The notes under the pieces were generated by a model. That model had not been told where the DNA came from and searched no databases. It was given only the letters and a program-made list of their open reading frames with translations. The position numbers and the translations under genes are program-made. Below are positions 18,011 to 28,227 of a DNA stretch of 64,000 nucleotides, in pieces; positions within the stretch are counted from its first letter, which is position 1, and every line of letters begins with the position of its first letter. This DNA comes from Polyangia bacterium. Its GTDB lineage: Bacteria > Myxococcota_A > Polyangia > Fen-1088. The stretch covers positions 211-64,210 of the forward strand of contig DATAVR010000139.1 of assembly GCA_036267635.1 (NCBI GenBank), written 5' to 3'.

Positions 18011-19195
18011 ATGCGCAACATCGGCAACAGAATGTGGCGGGCGGGGGTAGGCGTTGCGCCGCTCGCCGTCCTCATCATGGGCGGGGTGGCAACGGCGGAA
18101 CCGATGGAAGGGGCGTCCTCGGCGGAGACCACGACGTCAGCGCCGGTCTGCAAGAATTCGGGCGTCACGGTCAGTTTCAAAACCGGGTCGACCGAGATCG
18201 ACACCAACGGACAGGGCGCGCTGAGCGGCGTCGCCACCTGGGTGCAGAACGGTGACCAGCGCACGGTCCGGCTCGAGGGCTTCACCGACAGGAAAGGCAG
18301 CGCGACCGCAAACCAACGGTTGAGCGAGCGGCGCGCGCAGGCGACCGAGGACTTCCTTCTCGGCAAAGGGGTCACGGCGGATCGAATCACCGTCGCAGGG
18401 CATGGGGAAGAGACCGCGCCCAACCTCACGGGGGCCGACGCCCGGATCGTGAAGGTCGAGACTTGCGACGTTCCCAAGACGGTCGTCGAGGCCGTGCCGC
18501 CGCCGGAGCCGGTCGCCCCGCCCGAGCCGGTCGCCCCGGCCGAGCCGGTCCTGCCGCCGGCGCCGCCCCCGATCGCCATCGTGCCGCCGGTGGCGCCCGC
18601 GGCGCCGCCCTCGGAGCCGATGTACGAACCGGTCCCGGCACCCGCGCCGGTGGCTCGACACAGTGGGCCGCCTTCGCGGTTGGGCATCGAGGCGACCGTC
18701 GGCGGTGGCGCGGTCGGCTTCATCGATACCGCTGCGCGGAACACGGTCAACACCGGCGGGACCTGGGACGCCCGGGTGACCTTCGGCTCGCGGCTTCCGA
18801 TCGCGATCGAGGCCGCCTACATCGGCTCGTCACAGACCATCGACGCGCTGGGGCTCGCCACCAACGCGCGCCTCATGGGGAACGGGGTAGAGGGGGATCT
18901 GCGGCTCAACTTCACCAACTACAACGTGCAGCCCTACATCTTCGGCGGCGCGGGGTGGACCCACTACCAGATCTACAACAGCGCCACGAACACCTCGAGC
19001 ATCATCAACGCGGACGACGTCGGGACCATCCCGCTCGGGGCCGGCATCTCGATCCGGCCGTCAAAGGTGTTCCTCATCGACATCCGCGGCACCTACCGCG
19101 CCGTCTTCGACGACAACATGTTCAACCAGATTACGAACACCAACAACTCGATGCAGAACTGGACCGCCTCGGGCCGCGTCGGGTTCGAGTTCTGA
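18011..19195 (+). CDS. OmpA-family protein with inverted domain order (OmpA-like domain, Pro-rich linker, C-terminal beta-barrel)
   Basis: GGGAGG SD and a signal peptide. OmpA_C-like segment RLEGFTDRKGSATANQRLSERRA, PPPEPVAPPEPVAP linker, then a barrel-like alternating pattern ending GRVGFEF. Confidence 0.8.
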   Translation: MRNIGNRMWRAGVGVAPLAVLIMGGVATAEPMEGASSAETTTSAPVCKNSGVTVSFKTGSTEIDTNGQGALSGVATWVQNGDQRTVRLEGFTDRKGSATANQRLSERRAQATEDFLLGKGVTADRITVAGHGEETAPNLTGADARIVKVETCDVPKTVVEAVPPPEPVAPPEPVAPAEPVLPPAPPPIAIVPPVAPAAPPSEPMYEPVPAPAPVARHSGPPSRLGIEATVGGGAVGFIDTAARNTVNTGGTWDARVTFGSRLPIAIEAAYIGSSQTIDALGLATNARLMGNGVEGDLRLNFTNYNVQPYIFGGAGWTHYQIYNSATNTSSIINADDVGTIPLGAGISIRPSKVFLIDIRGTYRAVFDDNMFNQITNTNNSMQNWTASGRVGFEF

Positions 19196-19201
19196 GAGCG
19201 C

Positions 19202-19222
19202 GCGTGCCCTGCTGAGGCACGC
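19202..19222. terminator. Candidate hairpin between convergent genes
   Basis: GCGTGCC-ctgctga-GGCACGC, a 7-bp stem starting 7 nt after the OmpA-family stop. No T-tract. Confidence 0.35.
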
Positions 19223-19295
19223 CAGAGCCGAGGCTTCGGGTCGCCGCGCGGAATTGCTCCCTCACGCGGCGGCAGGAGCCTCGGTCGTTTTCGCG

Positions 19296-22055
19296 TCAAG
19301 AGTGCCGCTCGCGTCGCGGGTCCTTGCGATGCGGGCCAGGAGTCGTCGCCGGCGAGGGCCCCCCCGCGGCGGGCGACCAGAGGTCGAGCGCCTCCGTCGC
19401 GGAGACGGTCGAGAAGTAATGGAGCAGCGAAGCGATGAGCCCCGTCCAGCCGGTCTGATGACTGGCGCCGATGCCGGCGCCGTTGTCGCCATGGAAGTAT
19501 TCATAGAACAGCAGGTGATCGCGCCAGTGCGGATCGTCGGCAAACTTCGCGGTGTGCCCGTAGAGCGGCCGGTGGCCGCTCTTGTCGATGAGGAAGATCC
19601 GCGCCAACCGGTCGGTGATCTCCTGCGCCACCTCGTAGAGCGTCGCCTGATGTCCCGATCCGGTCGGACACTCCACCCGGAAGCTCGGACCGTAGTACCC
19701 GTAGTAGTTGATGAGCGCGCGGATGACCAGGGCGTTGACCGGCATCCAGACCGGGCCCCGCCAGTTCGAGTTGCCTCCGAACATTCCGCTGTCTGATTCG
19801 GCGGGGAGGTAGCCGACCCGGAGCTGCTGGCCACCGAGGTCGAGGCGGTACGGGTGCTGGAGGTGGTAGCGGGAGAGCGAACGAATTCCGTACGGGCTCA
19901 GGAACTCCTCTTCGTCGAGCAGGTGCCCCAATACCCGGCGCAGCCGCTCCTCACTGAGCAGCGACAGCAATCGCCGATCGCGATATCCGGGGCGGCGAGG
20001 GTCGTGGATGTGGCCCACCAGATGTGGACGATGGTTCGCGAACCAGCTGGCGCGCTGTTGCAGCTCCGGCAGCGCCGCCACCACCTGTTCGTTCAGGACC
20101 GCGGCGGCGCAAAGCGGAAGCAGACCGACCATCGAGCGGACCTTCAGCTGTTCCGCGCGGCCGTCGGGCGTGCGCAGGACGTCGTAGAAGAACCCGTCCT
20201 CCTCGTTCCACATCTCCCCCTCGCCCCCGATGTGGATCAGCGCCGAGGCGATCCAGACGTAATGCTCGAAGAACTTGAGCGCCATGTCGACGTAGGCCCG
20301 ATCCTCGAGGGCGAGCTCCAGCGAGATCTGCAGCATCGCCTGGGCGTAGAAGGCCATCCAGGCGGTGCCGTCGGCCTGTTCGAGGTGGCCGCCCGTCGGC
20401 AGCGGGACGTTGCGATCGAAGATCCCGACGTTGTCGAGCCCCAGGAATCCACCCTCGAACACGTTCTGTCCCTTGGGGTCGCGGCGGTTCACCCACCAGG
20501 TGAAGTTGATGAGCAGCTTGCTGTAGATCGCCTTCAGGAACCGAAGATCGCCCCGCCCGGAGCGGCGCTTGTCCAGCTGGTAGAGGAAATAGGCGCCCCA
20601 GGCGTGGACGGGGGGATTGACGTCGCCAAAGTTCCATTCGTACGCGGGCACCTGTCCGCTCGGGTGCAGATAGCGCTCCTGCAGCAGCAGCAGGAGCTGC
20701 TTTTTGGCGAAGTCCGGATCGACGAGCCCCAGGGGAACGGAATGGAACGCCAGATCCCAGGCCGCGTACCAGGGGTACTCCCATTTGTCCGGCATCGAGA
20801 TGACGTCGTCGCTCACCATGTGCGACCAGTCCGAGTTGCGCCCCCGGTGATGCCCCGAGCGCGACGGCGCGGTGCCGTGCTCCACCAGCCAGGCGTCGAC
20901 GTCGTAGTCGTAGAACTGCTTGCTCCAGAGCATCCCCGCCAACGACTGGCGCATGACCGCGCGGCGATCGTTGGAGAGCGAGGCGGGGATGACGGTGGCG
21001 TAGAACTCGTCCGCTTCCCGCCGGCGCATCTCCAAAACGCGGGTGAATTGCCGGCCCCGCAGGCCGTCGTCGCCGGGCTCTGCGCTGGCGTTGGTCAGGC
21101 GCAACCGCAGCGTTTGCCGCTGACGCGCCGGGATGTCGAAGGTGTAGTGCGCCGCGGCCTTGGTCCCCGTGCAATCCGGATTGACCGTCCCCTCACGACC
21201 ACCGACGACGCAGTCGTTGATCCCATCCTTGAAAAAGCCCGCGGCGCTCCGCCGATCGTCAGATCCGACCGCTGACCAGCGGGCCAGGTTGGTTTCGTTG
21301 TCGGCGAAAAGGAAGGTGGCGCCCGGCTCGCAATGGAGCAGATAGGTCCCGAGCGAAGGGCTGGTGGCGGCCAGCGCCGGCCGGCTCCCGGGCGCGACGC
21401 GGATGAGGGGGCGGGGCGCGCTCCCCTTCCACCAGGTGTTCCGGAACCAGAGCGTCGGCAGGAGGTGAAGCGTCGCGGCCGTCGAGCCTCGGTTGTAGGC
21501 GGAGATCTCGATCAGCAGATCTTCCGGCGAGGCCTTGGCGTAGTCGACGAACAGATCGAAGTAGGCGTCGTCGGCGAAGATGCCCGTGTCGACGAGCTCA
21601 TACTCGAGCTCGTCGCGTGAGCGGCGGGCGTTGGTCTCGACCAGGCCGAGATAGGGGAACGGCCGCTGCGGATACTTGTAGAGGTACCGCATGTACGAAT
21701 GCGTCGGCGTGTTGTCGAGGTAGAAGTAGTACTCCTTGACGTCCTCGCCGTGATTCCCTTCGCGGTTGGTGAGGCCGTAGAGGCGCTCCTTCAAGATCGG
21801 ATCGCACCCGTTCCAGAGGGCGAGCCCGAAACAGAGGGACTGCCGATCGTCAGAGATGCCGGCGATGCCGTCTTCGCCCCATTTGTAGGCGAACGAGCGG
21901 GCCAGGTCATGGCTGAGATAGCTCCAGGCGTCGCCGTTGGCGCCGTAGTCTTCCCGCACCGTCCCCCACTGACGTTCGCTCAGGTAAGGTCCCCATTTTT
22001 TCCAGGGCGCCGTCCCCGACTGCGCCGCCCGCAGTCGCCTCGCCTCTGCGGTCAT
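19296..22055 (-). CDS. GH63-like (MGH1-type glucosidase) glycoside hydrolase
   Basis: N-terminus WKKWGPYLSERQWGTVREDY...AYKWGEDGIAG and about 900-aa size match the GH63-like glucosidase family. Confidence 0.8.
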   Translation of the reverse strand: MTAEARRLRAAQSGTAPWKKWGPYLSERQWGTVREDYGANGDAWSYLSHDLARSFAYKWGEDGIAGISDDRQSLCFGLALWNGCDPILKERLYGLTNREGNHGEDVKEYYFYLDNTPTHSYMRYLYKYPQRPFPYLGLVETNARRSRDELEYELVDTGIFADDAYFDLFVDYAKASPEDLLIEISAYNRGSTAATLHLLPTLWFRNTWWKGSAPRPLIRVAPGSRPALAATSPSLGTYLLHCEPGATFLFADNETNLARWSAVGSDDRRSAAGFFKDGINDCVVGGREGTVNPDCTGTKAAAHYTFDIPARQRQTLRLRLTNASAEPGDDGLRGRQFTRVLEMRRREADEFYATVIPASLSNDRRAVMRQSLAGMLWSKQFYDYDVDAWLVEHGTAPSRSGHHRGRNSDWSHMVSDDVISMPDKWEYPWYAAWDLAFHSVPLGLVDPDFAKKQLLLLLQERYLHPSGQVPAYEWNFGDVNPPVHAWGAYFLYQLDKRRSGRGDLRFLKAIYSKLLINFTWWVNRRDPKGQNVFEGGFLGLDNVGIFDRNVPLPTGGHLEQADGTAWMAFYAQAMLQISLELALEDRAYVDMALKFFEHYVWIASALIHIGGEGEMWNEEDGFFYDVLRTPDGRAEQLKVRSMVGLLPLCAAAVLNEQVVAALPELQQRASWFANHRPHLVGHIHDPRRPGYRDRRLLSLLSEERLRRVLGHLLDEEEFLSPYGIRSLSRYHLQHPYRLDLGGQQLRVGYLPAESDSGMFGGNSNWRGPVWMPVNALVIRALINYYGYYGPSFRVECPTGSGHQATLYEVAQEITDRLARIFLIDKSGHRPLYGHTAKFADDPHWRDHLLFYEYFHGDNGAGIGASHQTGWTGLIASLLHYFSTVSATEALDLWSPAAGGPSPATTPGPHRKDPRRERHS

Positions 22056-22128
22056 CTGGCCACCTCTGGGCGGTCAAACTGACGATGGGCGCCGGCCCGG
22101 CAACGGTCGACCCCGCGCGTCTCCTGGA

Positions 22129-23331
22129 ATGCGCCGGGCACTTACAGGCCTCGGCGTTGCGGTGAAGGTCCGACGGATTCACGTTGTCCGCGTGTCGACC
22201 GAAGAGGAACCGGCGGCGCGCATCCTGGTGGTCGAAGACGATTCCCAGGCGCGGGCCACGTTCGATCTGCTCCTGGGTGCACGCTGGTCGGTGACGCTCG
22301 TCGATCGCGGCGACGAGGCGCGGGATCGGGCGCTGGCGCTGCCCTTCGACCTGGTGATCGCCAACGCCGAGATGCCGGGGCTGAGCGGGATCGAGCTGGC
22401 GCGCTTGCTGCGGACCCATCGGCCGACGCAGGACGTGCCGCTCATTCTGATGTCGCTCACCGCCGGACAGCGCGAGACGATCGCCGGCCTGGAGGCCGGC
22501 GCCGACGATTTCCTGGTCAAGCCGTTTTCGGGACGCGAGCTCCTGGTGCGGGTGCAGACCCGTCTGGAGCTGACGGCGATGCGCCGGCGCAACGCGCAGC
22601 AGACACAGGACCTCGCCAGCCTCACCCGGACGCTCCAGGCGCGCGACGAGTTCCTCTCCGCCGCGTCGCACGAGCTGCGCACGCCGATCACCACCTTGAG
22701 CCTGCAGACGGACGGGCTGCTCAACGCCGCCGACCTCCCGACCAACGGACACAACGCCCCGATCAACGACCGGCTGCGGCGGCGGCTGACGGCCATCCGG
22801 CGGCAGGTGGTACGGCTCAATCAGCTGGTCGATCAGCTGCTCGACGTCTCGAAATTCATCGAGGGGCGCCTCGACCTGCACCCCGAGGAGATCGATCTGC
22901 AGGCGCTGGTGATCGAGGCGATCGATCTGATGCGCGACTCCGCGAGCAACGCAGGATCGCCCCTGCTCTTCCGCCTGCGCAACGAAGTGGTCGGGCACTG
23001 GGACCGCATCCGGCTCGGTCAGGTGGTCACCAATCTGCTGTCCAACGCGATCAAGTTCGGGTGCGGGCGGCCCATCGAGGTCGAGCTGGACGCCGACAGC
23101 ACTCGGGCGCGCCTCGAGGTGAAGGACTCCGGCGAGGGGATCCCGCGGCAGGAGCAGGAGCGGATCTTCGAGCGCTTCGAGCGGGCCACCTCGGTACAGA
23201 GCCACCCGGGCCTCGGGCTCGGCCTCTGGATCTGCAAGCAGATCGTCGACGCTTGTCACGGGACGATCTCCGTCCAGAGCGAGCCGGGCCAGGGCAGCGT
23301 CTTCAGCGTGCAGCTTCCGAGGGCGTCGTGA
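22129..23331 (+). CDS. Hybrid response-regulator receiver / histidine kinase
   Basis: Receiver domain (ILVVEDD...DLVIANAEMPGLSG...KPF), followed by H-box SHELRTPIT and HATPase motifs (NLLSNAIKF, DSGEGI, GLGLGLWI). Confidence 0.85.
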   Translation: MRRALTGLGVAVKVRRIHVVRVSTEEEPAARILVVEDDSQARATFDLLLGARWSVTLVDRGDEARDRALALPFDLVIANAEMPGLSGIELARLLRTHRPTQDVPLILMSLTAGQRETIAGLEAGADDFLVKPFSGRELLVRVQTRLELTAMRRRNAQQTQDLASLTRTLQARDEFLSAASHELRTPITTLSLQTDGLLNAADLPTNGHNAPINDRLRRRLTAIRRQVVRLNQLVDQLLDVSKFIEGRLDLHPEEIDLQALVIEAIDLMRDSASNAGSPLLFRLRNEVVGHWDRIRLGQVVTNLLSNAIKFGCGRPIEVELDADSTRARLEVKDSGEGIPRQEQERIFERFERATSVQSHPGLGLGLWICKQIVDACHGTISVQSEPGQGSVFSVQLPRAS

Positions 23332-23500
23332 GCCGCGGCCGCTCGGCGCGCTGACCGCCGCCGACGACGATCTCCGTCGGTATCCAGGATGATCACTCGC
23401 CGGGCGCGATCCGAATGCGCCGGCTGCGGAGAGAATCAGCGATTGACTGAGCAGACGCTCTGCGGGTCCGCCTTACCATCGGGCGAGAGGCGAAATGGGG

Positions 23501-24646
23501 TCATTGAGACACTTGGAACGGCAGCTCCACGAGGAACGTCGCACCGGATCCGGGGCGGCTGTCCACGCGGACCGCGCCTCCCAGCTGCTCGACGATCCCG
23601 CGCACGATGAAGAGACCGAGCCCCAGCCCTTCGCGATGACCGATCGAGGTCCCGCGTTTGAACGGCTCGAAGATCCCCTCGTGCAGGTGGGCCTCGATGC
23701 CGAGACCTTGATCGGCCACCGCCAGCCAGGCGACGCCTCGCTGCGGGTCGGCGCCGGCGCGAATCACCACCGGACGCCCCTGTCCGTACTTGACGGCGTT
23801 CGCCAGCAGATTCGAGACAACCTGGTCGAGGCGCGCGCGGTCCCAACGACCAACGACAGGTCCATCGAGCTCCATATTGAGCGTCGAGCCGGTGTCCACC
23901 GTTTGCGCTTCCATCAGCGTGCCGACGTCCCGTATGACATCGCACAGATCAAAAGAAGACAATTCCAGCTCCAGCTGCCCGGAACGAATTCGTCCCAGGT
24001 CGAGGAGATCGTCTATCAAGCGAGCGATCTTGCGTTCGCCCCTGGTCATGATCTCGACCATCCGGGCCGCCTGAGGGGCGAGAACGCCGCCGGTTCGCTC
24101 CAACGTTTGCAGACAGAAGCGAACCGAACAGAGGGGATTTCGAAGCTCGTGGGCCGCGATCGAGATCAATCGCTCCCGATCGCCCAGAGCGGCGGCCATG
24201 CTCATGTGCTCGCGGGCGTTGCGAATGGCCAACGACAGCCGGTCGCCGAGCTCCTGGGCCAGCGCCAGATCAGCCGCGCTGTGGGCGGCACCGTCGAACT
24301 TGGCGAAGCTCAAAACGCCAAATCGATCGGTTCGCATTCCGATTGGAACGCTGATCCGCGAGCGATCGCCGTCCAGGCTGACCTCGCCTCGCACGGTCAC
24401 CGCGAGATCGACCGGCGCCTCCATCCAGGCACCCGGCGAGGTCCTGACTTCCAGAATCCGAGTTGGGGGAGATTCGGAAACACGATCGACGACGCAAACA
24501 TCCCCGAGCACGCCGAGCGACGCGCGCCCCACCGCTTCGAGCATCGGATCTATTTCGAGAGAAACAAAATGACGGCTCACATTGGCAAGAAACGCGGCAT
24601 GAGTCGTTACGTTTTTGGCCGACGCAATTCCTTGGGTGATTCGCAT
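23501..24646 (-). CDS. GAF-domain sensor histidine kinase
   Basis: GGAGGAACA SD before ATG 24646. GAF-like N-terminal half, H-box AAHELRNPL, and the G-boxes DQGLGI and GLGLGLFI. Confidence 0.85.
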   Translation of the reverse strand: MRITQGIASAKNVTTHAAFLANVSRHFVSLEIDPMLEAVGRASLGVLGDVCVVDRVSESPPTRILEVRTSPGAWMEAPVDLAVTVRGEVSLDGDRSRISVPIGMRTDRFGVLSFAKFDGAAHSAADLALAQELGDRLSLAIRNAREHMSMAAALGDRERLISIAAHELRNPLCSVRFCLQTLERTGGVLAPQAARMVEIMTRGERKIARLIDDLLDLGRIRSGQLELELSSFDLCDVIRDVGTLMEAQTVDTGSTLNMELDGPVVGRWDRARLDQVVSNLLANAVKYGQGRPVVIRAGADPQRGVAWLAVADQGLGIEAHLHEGIFEPFKRGTSIGHREGLGLGLFIVRGIVEQLGGAVRVDSRPGSGATFLVELPFQVSQ

Positions 24647-24960
24647 TGTTCCTCCGTCCCCTCCGTTCCTCACTCGGCTACATGCCAGATCGGTACATCG
24701 ATCGCTAGCCTAGAAACGTCGGCGCGTGCGCGGCTTCTCCTGTTTGGGGCGATCCCTTACCGGGCTCTTCAGCGGCGAACGTCGTTCGTTGAAAATAGAC
24801 AACTCGGCCCCTGTCGTTGTAAGAGATCCACGGGTCGTACGGCGTCTCCCAAGTTTCACAGGGGGGGGAGGGGCGGGACAGCGGAGAACGTGAACCACAT
24901 TGGAGAGTCGACAGAGCGCCGACCGGGCGCCCCATTGCCCGATGCTCCGGGAGATCGTCG

Positions 24961-25674
24961 ATGACCACCAAGATCTTCTTGGTCGAGGATCACCCGCTGT
25001 TCAGAATGGGGATCCGCCAGAGCTTGGCCAGCTATGCCGAATTCACCGTTGTCGGCGAGGCCGGAAACGCGCGCGACGCCTTTGCGGCGATCGACGCGCA
25101 CCCTCCCGACATCGTCGTGATGGACGTTTCGCTGCCCGGCATGGACGGCGTCATCGCGACCCGCGAGATCCGCAGGCGCGCGCCGAGGACGCGGGTCTTG
25201 CTGCTCTCGGTCCACGACCAGATCAGCGACGTGCTGGAGGCCCTGGATGCCGGCGCGGCGGGATACGCGCTGAAGACGGAGGGGACCGAGGCGTTGGTGG
25301 CGGCCCTGCGGACGATCATCCGCAACGATCGCTACGTCGCCCCCCCGCTGGCGGCGCTCCTCGGCAGCTACGAATCGAGGCGCAAACGCCCACTGGGCAC
25401 CCTCTCGATTCTCTCCCTGCGGGAACGGGAGGTGTTTCGACTGGCCGCCGATTGTCTGCTGACCCGTGAGATCGCGCGCGAGCTCTGCATCTCCCGAAAA
25501 ACGGTCGACACCCACCTTTATCGCATTCATCGCAAGCTGGGCCTGCGCACCTCGGCGGAGCTGGTGAGGATGGCCTGCAACCTCGGCCTCGTGCGCCGCA
25601 GCGGTGCCCGCGAGATCTTTCCCGCCGACACCGGGGCCCAAGGGCTGACGAGTGAAGGGATGGAGGGTGGATAG
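24961..25674 (+). CDS. NarL/LuxR-family response regulator
   Basis: Receiver domain (IFLVEDHPLFR, VVMDVSLPGMDG) plus LuxR HTH (LSLREREVFRL...ISRKTVDTHLYRIHRKLG). Confidence 0.9.
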   Translation: MTTKIFLVEDHPLFRMGIRQSLASYAEFTVVGEAGNARDAFAAIDAHPPDIVVMDVSLPGMDGVIATREIRRRAPRTRVLLLSVHDQISDVLEALDAGAAGYALKTEGTEALVAALRTIIRNDRYVAPPLAALLGSYESRRKRPLGTLSILSLREREVFRLAADCLLTREIARELCISRKTVDTHLYRIHRKLGLRTSAELVRMACNLGLVRRSGAREIFPADTGAQGLTSEGMEGG

Positions 25675-26589
25675 ATGCGGAACGGGACGGGGCGGAACCA
25701 GGACATCGTGAGACTGATACGGCACGAGCTGAACACACCGCTGGCGACGGCGCTGCTCTACATCGGAATCGCGGAGGGCTCCGCCGCGGAGCTGCCCGAG
25801 GGAATCGTCAAGTCGGCGTTGCGCGTGGCGCGCTCGGAAGTGCAGCGGCTCAAGACGCTGATCGACACCCTCACAGAGCTGGAGTGTGTCGGTTTGGCAA
25901 CGTTGAGACCACGATCAATTGACCTGGTGGAAACAGTGCGCGCAACAGTTCAACGAACGATCGCTTTGCGGGACGCGGAGCGGGTTCGGATTGTCGCGCC
26001 GGGAGAGCTGAAAGGGTGGTGGGATCGACCAAAGGTGGAACAGGTCATCGGCAATCTCCTCTCGAACGCGTTGAAATTCGGCCTGGACCGGCCGATTCGG
26101 GTCGAAGTGAAGCCGGCAGAAGACGGGGTCACCATCGCGGTTCGCGACCACGGGATCGGCATCTCTCCCGCCGAGCGCGAATGGGTCTTCGAACGCAACG
26201 CGCATGCGTCGCCTGAGCGGGGAGGCGGACTCGGACTTGGGCTTTGGCTCGTGCGGGAGCTCGCCGAAGCGCACGGCGGCTGGGTGACGCTCGAGAGCCG
26301 CAAGGGACGCGGGACCACCTTCACCGTGTTTCTGCGCGATCAACGGCCCCTGATGGGGTCGGCGACGATGGCGGTCGCCAGCGCCCGATTGCCGGCCAGC
26401 GCCGGATCAGCGGGGAGCTCCTGGCACGACAAGGCGGTCAGATCGCACAGGAAGGTCCCGTTGCTGCCCCGCAACGTCACCGACGATCCGGAGCCCAACT
26501 CGGCGACGATGTCTCCGTTGCTCACCGGAACCCTGAGGTCGAGCCGGCCGTCGAAGATACGGAAGTCGATTGAAGAATTCAGCATCTGA
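25675..26589 (+). CDS. Soluble histidine kinase (no sensor or TM domain) with about 80-aa C-terminal tail
   Basis: H-box RHELNTPLAT plus NLLSNALKF, DHGIGI and GLGLGLWL. The start abuts the regulator stop. The tail beyond TFTVFLRDQ overlaps the convergent gene. Confidence 0.75.
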   Translation: MRNGTGRNQDIVRLIRHELNTPLATALLYIGIAEGSAAELPEGIVKSALRVARSEVQRLKTLIDTLTELECVGLATLRPRSIDLVETVRATVQRTIALRDAERVRIVAPGELKGWWDRPKVEQVIGNLLSNALKFGLDRPIRVEVKPAEDGVTIAVRDHGIGISPAEREWVFERNAHASPERGGGLGLGLWLVRELAEAHGGWVTLESRKGRGTTFTVFLRDQRPLMGSATMAVASARLPASAGSAGSSWHDKAVRSHRKVPLLPRNVTDDPEPNSATMSPLLTGTLRSSRPSKIRKSIEEFSI

Positions 26590-27212
26590 TTGGCGATCGC
26601 GATCTTCCCGCTGAAGGTGAACAGGAATCGCGCGTTCGAGACGCTGGTCGGCAGCGGTCCCAGCAACAACAGGATCAAGGCACCGTCGAGCGTTCCGTTT
26701 CCGCTCAGTGCCCCGTTGAGCGAGGTCAGGTCGATCTTGCAGGCGATCGCGGTCCCCCAGACCTCGGCGTCCAGGCGACCGTTCTCCACGATGGCTGTGG
26801 CGTCGATCGTGCCGTTGGCGGCTGCATTCGGGGGCCCGGGGGGCGAGTCCCAGCCGGCGCAAATGCGCTGCAGGTCGACGACGGCGCTGAGGGTGAAGTG
26901 GTGGAACTCGACCGACGCGTCGGGATTCGTGGGGAGCCCGCTCCCTTGGATGCGCTCATCGAAGCTGGTCAGCAGACCGGCGGCAAAATCGGGGAGCCAG
27001 TCCAAGAAGAGGCTCGGGACGACCACGTTGACGGCGCCCAGAGTTTCCCCGACGTTGCTGATGTCGACGCTGCCGATCGGGTTGTCATAGCTCGCCGCGA
27101 TGGCCTCGGTCTCTACCTGCATCGGCGGCACCGGGGTGTCGAGCTTCGCGATGCAGCCCGACAGCGCGCAGGCGGACAGGGCGGCGATTGCCGTGGCCGG
27201 CGAAGACTTCAC
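26340..27212 (-). CDS. Lipoprotein, hypothetical
   Basis: GTG 27212 gives MKSSPATAIAALSACALSGC (lipobox) and overlaps the upstream stop as GTGA. High GC3. Confidence 0.6.
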   Translation of the reverse strand: MKSSPATAIAALSACALSGCIAKLDTPVPPMQVETEAIAASYDNPIGSVDISNVGETLGAVNVVVPSLFLDWLPDFAAGLLTSFDERIQGSGLPTNPDASVEFHHFTLSAVVDLQRICAGWDSPPGPPNAAANGTIDATAIVENGRLDAEVWGTAIACKIDLTSLNGALSGNGTLDGALILLLLGPLPTSVSNARFLFTFSGKIAIANQMLNSSIDFRIFDGRLDLRVPVSNGDIVAELGSGSSVTLRGSNGTFLCDLTALSCQELPADPALAGNRALATAIVADPIRGR

Positions 27213-28033
27213 AGCACCACCGAAAGCGAGGCGTCGGGGACGAAGGTGCGTTTCGGGTAAGCGAGATCGATCCCCGGAAGGAAGTAGTACCCGTACCCCG
27301 CCCCCAGAATCAGGTGAACGTGCTTCCAGAGCAGCGCGATGCCGCCGATGGCCTCCCACGGGTGCGAGACGGAGGCGACCGCCCGCCCGTTGACGTCGAC
27401 CGTGGTGAAGGGGTCGACGTTCCCCGAGCCGTCGAACGCCAGATCGGCGGTGTAGACCTGGTATCGGCCTGTCGCGGTGAGGGAGAAGGTCCGCGTTAGT
27501 CGAAATTCGAGCATCCCGCCCAGCTGGACGGTCTGGCTGGCGACCGCCCCGCCGAAATTGGCCTGATTCAAGTCTCCGGCCCCGAAGGCGCGCGCATAGA
27601 CGTAGGCCCCTTCCGTGTGGAGCCAAACCCGATCTTGTAGGCGAAACGAGGCGAAGAGCGACAAAGGAGCCGCGATGAGAGAGCCGGAGACCGCCTCGCT
27701 GGTCTTGAGATCGGCGTAGTAGCCGGCGACGCGCACCGAGACCGTCACCGGCGGCCTCTCGAAGATGATCTGCTTGATGTGCAGGTTGGGGACCAGGACG
27801 TCGACCGCCGCCCGGGCCGCCCAGAAGGGGGGATCGCTGCCGATGTCGAGACGGTCGGAGAGGCCGTAATCGAAGGCCAGAAGGCCCAATTTGAGCGTGC
27901 GGGCGCCGACCAGATAGGCGGTCCGTTCGTCCAGCTGGGGGAGGCCATCGGCCGTCTCGGAAGCCCTCGCCACCGCTCCGGCGGCGATGAACATGACGAT
28001 CAGCGCCGTCCATCTGACTGTTGCGCGGCCCAT
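27209..28033 (-). CDS. Putative outer-membrane beta-barrel protein
   Basis: ATG 28033 gives the signal peptide MGRATVRWTALIVMFIAAGAVARA. Alternating hydrophobic beta-strand pattern with aromatic-rich strands. Confidence 0.55.
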   Translation of the reverse strand: MGRATVRWTALIVMFIAAGAVARASETADGLPQLDERTAYLVGARTLKLGLLAFDYGLSDRLDIGSDPPFWAARAAVDVLVPNLHIKQIIFERPPVTVSVRVAGYYADLKTSEAVSGSLIAAPLSLFASFRLQDRVWLHTEGAYVYARAFGAGDLNQANFGGAVASQTVQLGGMLEFRLTRTFSLTATGRYQVYTADLAFDGSGNVDPFTTVDVNGRAVASVSHPWEAIGGIALLWKHVHLILGAGYGYYFLPGIDLAYPKRTFVPDASLSVVL

Positions 28034-28227
28034 CGACGCCTCGGGAATCCCAAGCCCTTCGGACACACCATGCGGTTGCCCGAAGGGCAGCGGATGTCGG
28101 TCGGCTGCTCAATCGGCGCGGACATGTAAGGAATTGCCTGATCTTCCGGTTGCCCCGGGCTAATCACCCCGTTAGTTGGCTATAAAGTGGGACCCCAAAT
28201 TGACGTTCGACCCTGGAGCCACCTGAC

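Noticed and set aside
24647-24960. Small ORFs (62-88 aa) in the 314-nt divergent intergenic region
   Set aside because: The translations are Arg/Pro-rich with no SD site. The region is more plausibly the shared promoter or operator region of the GAF kinase and the NarL regulator. I could not define a convincing operator palindrome.
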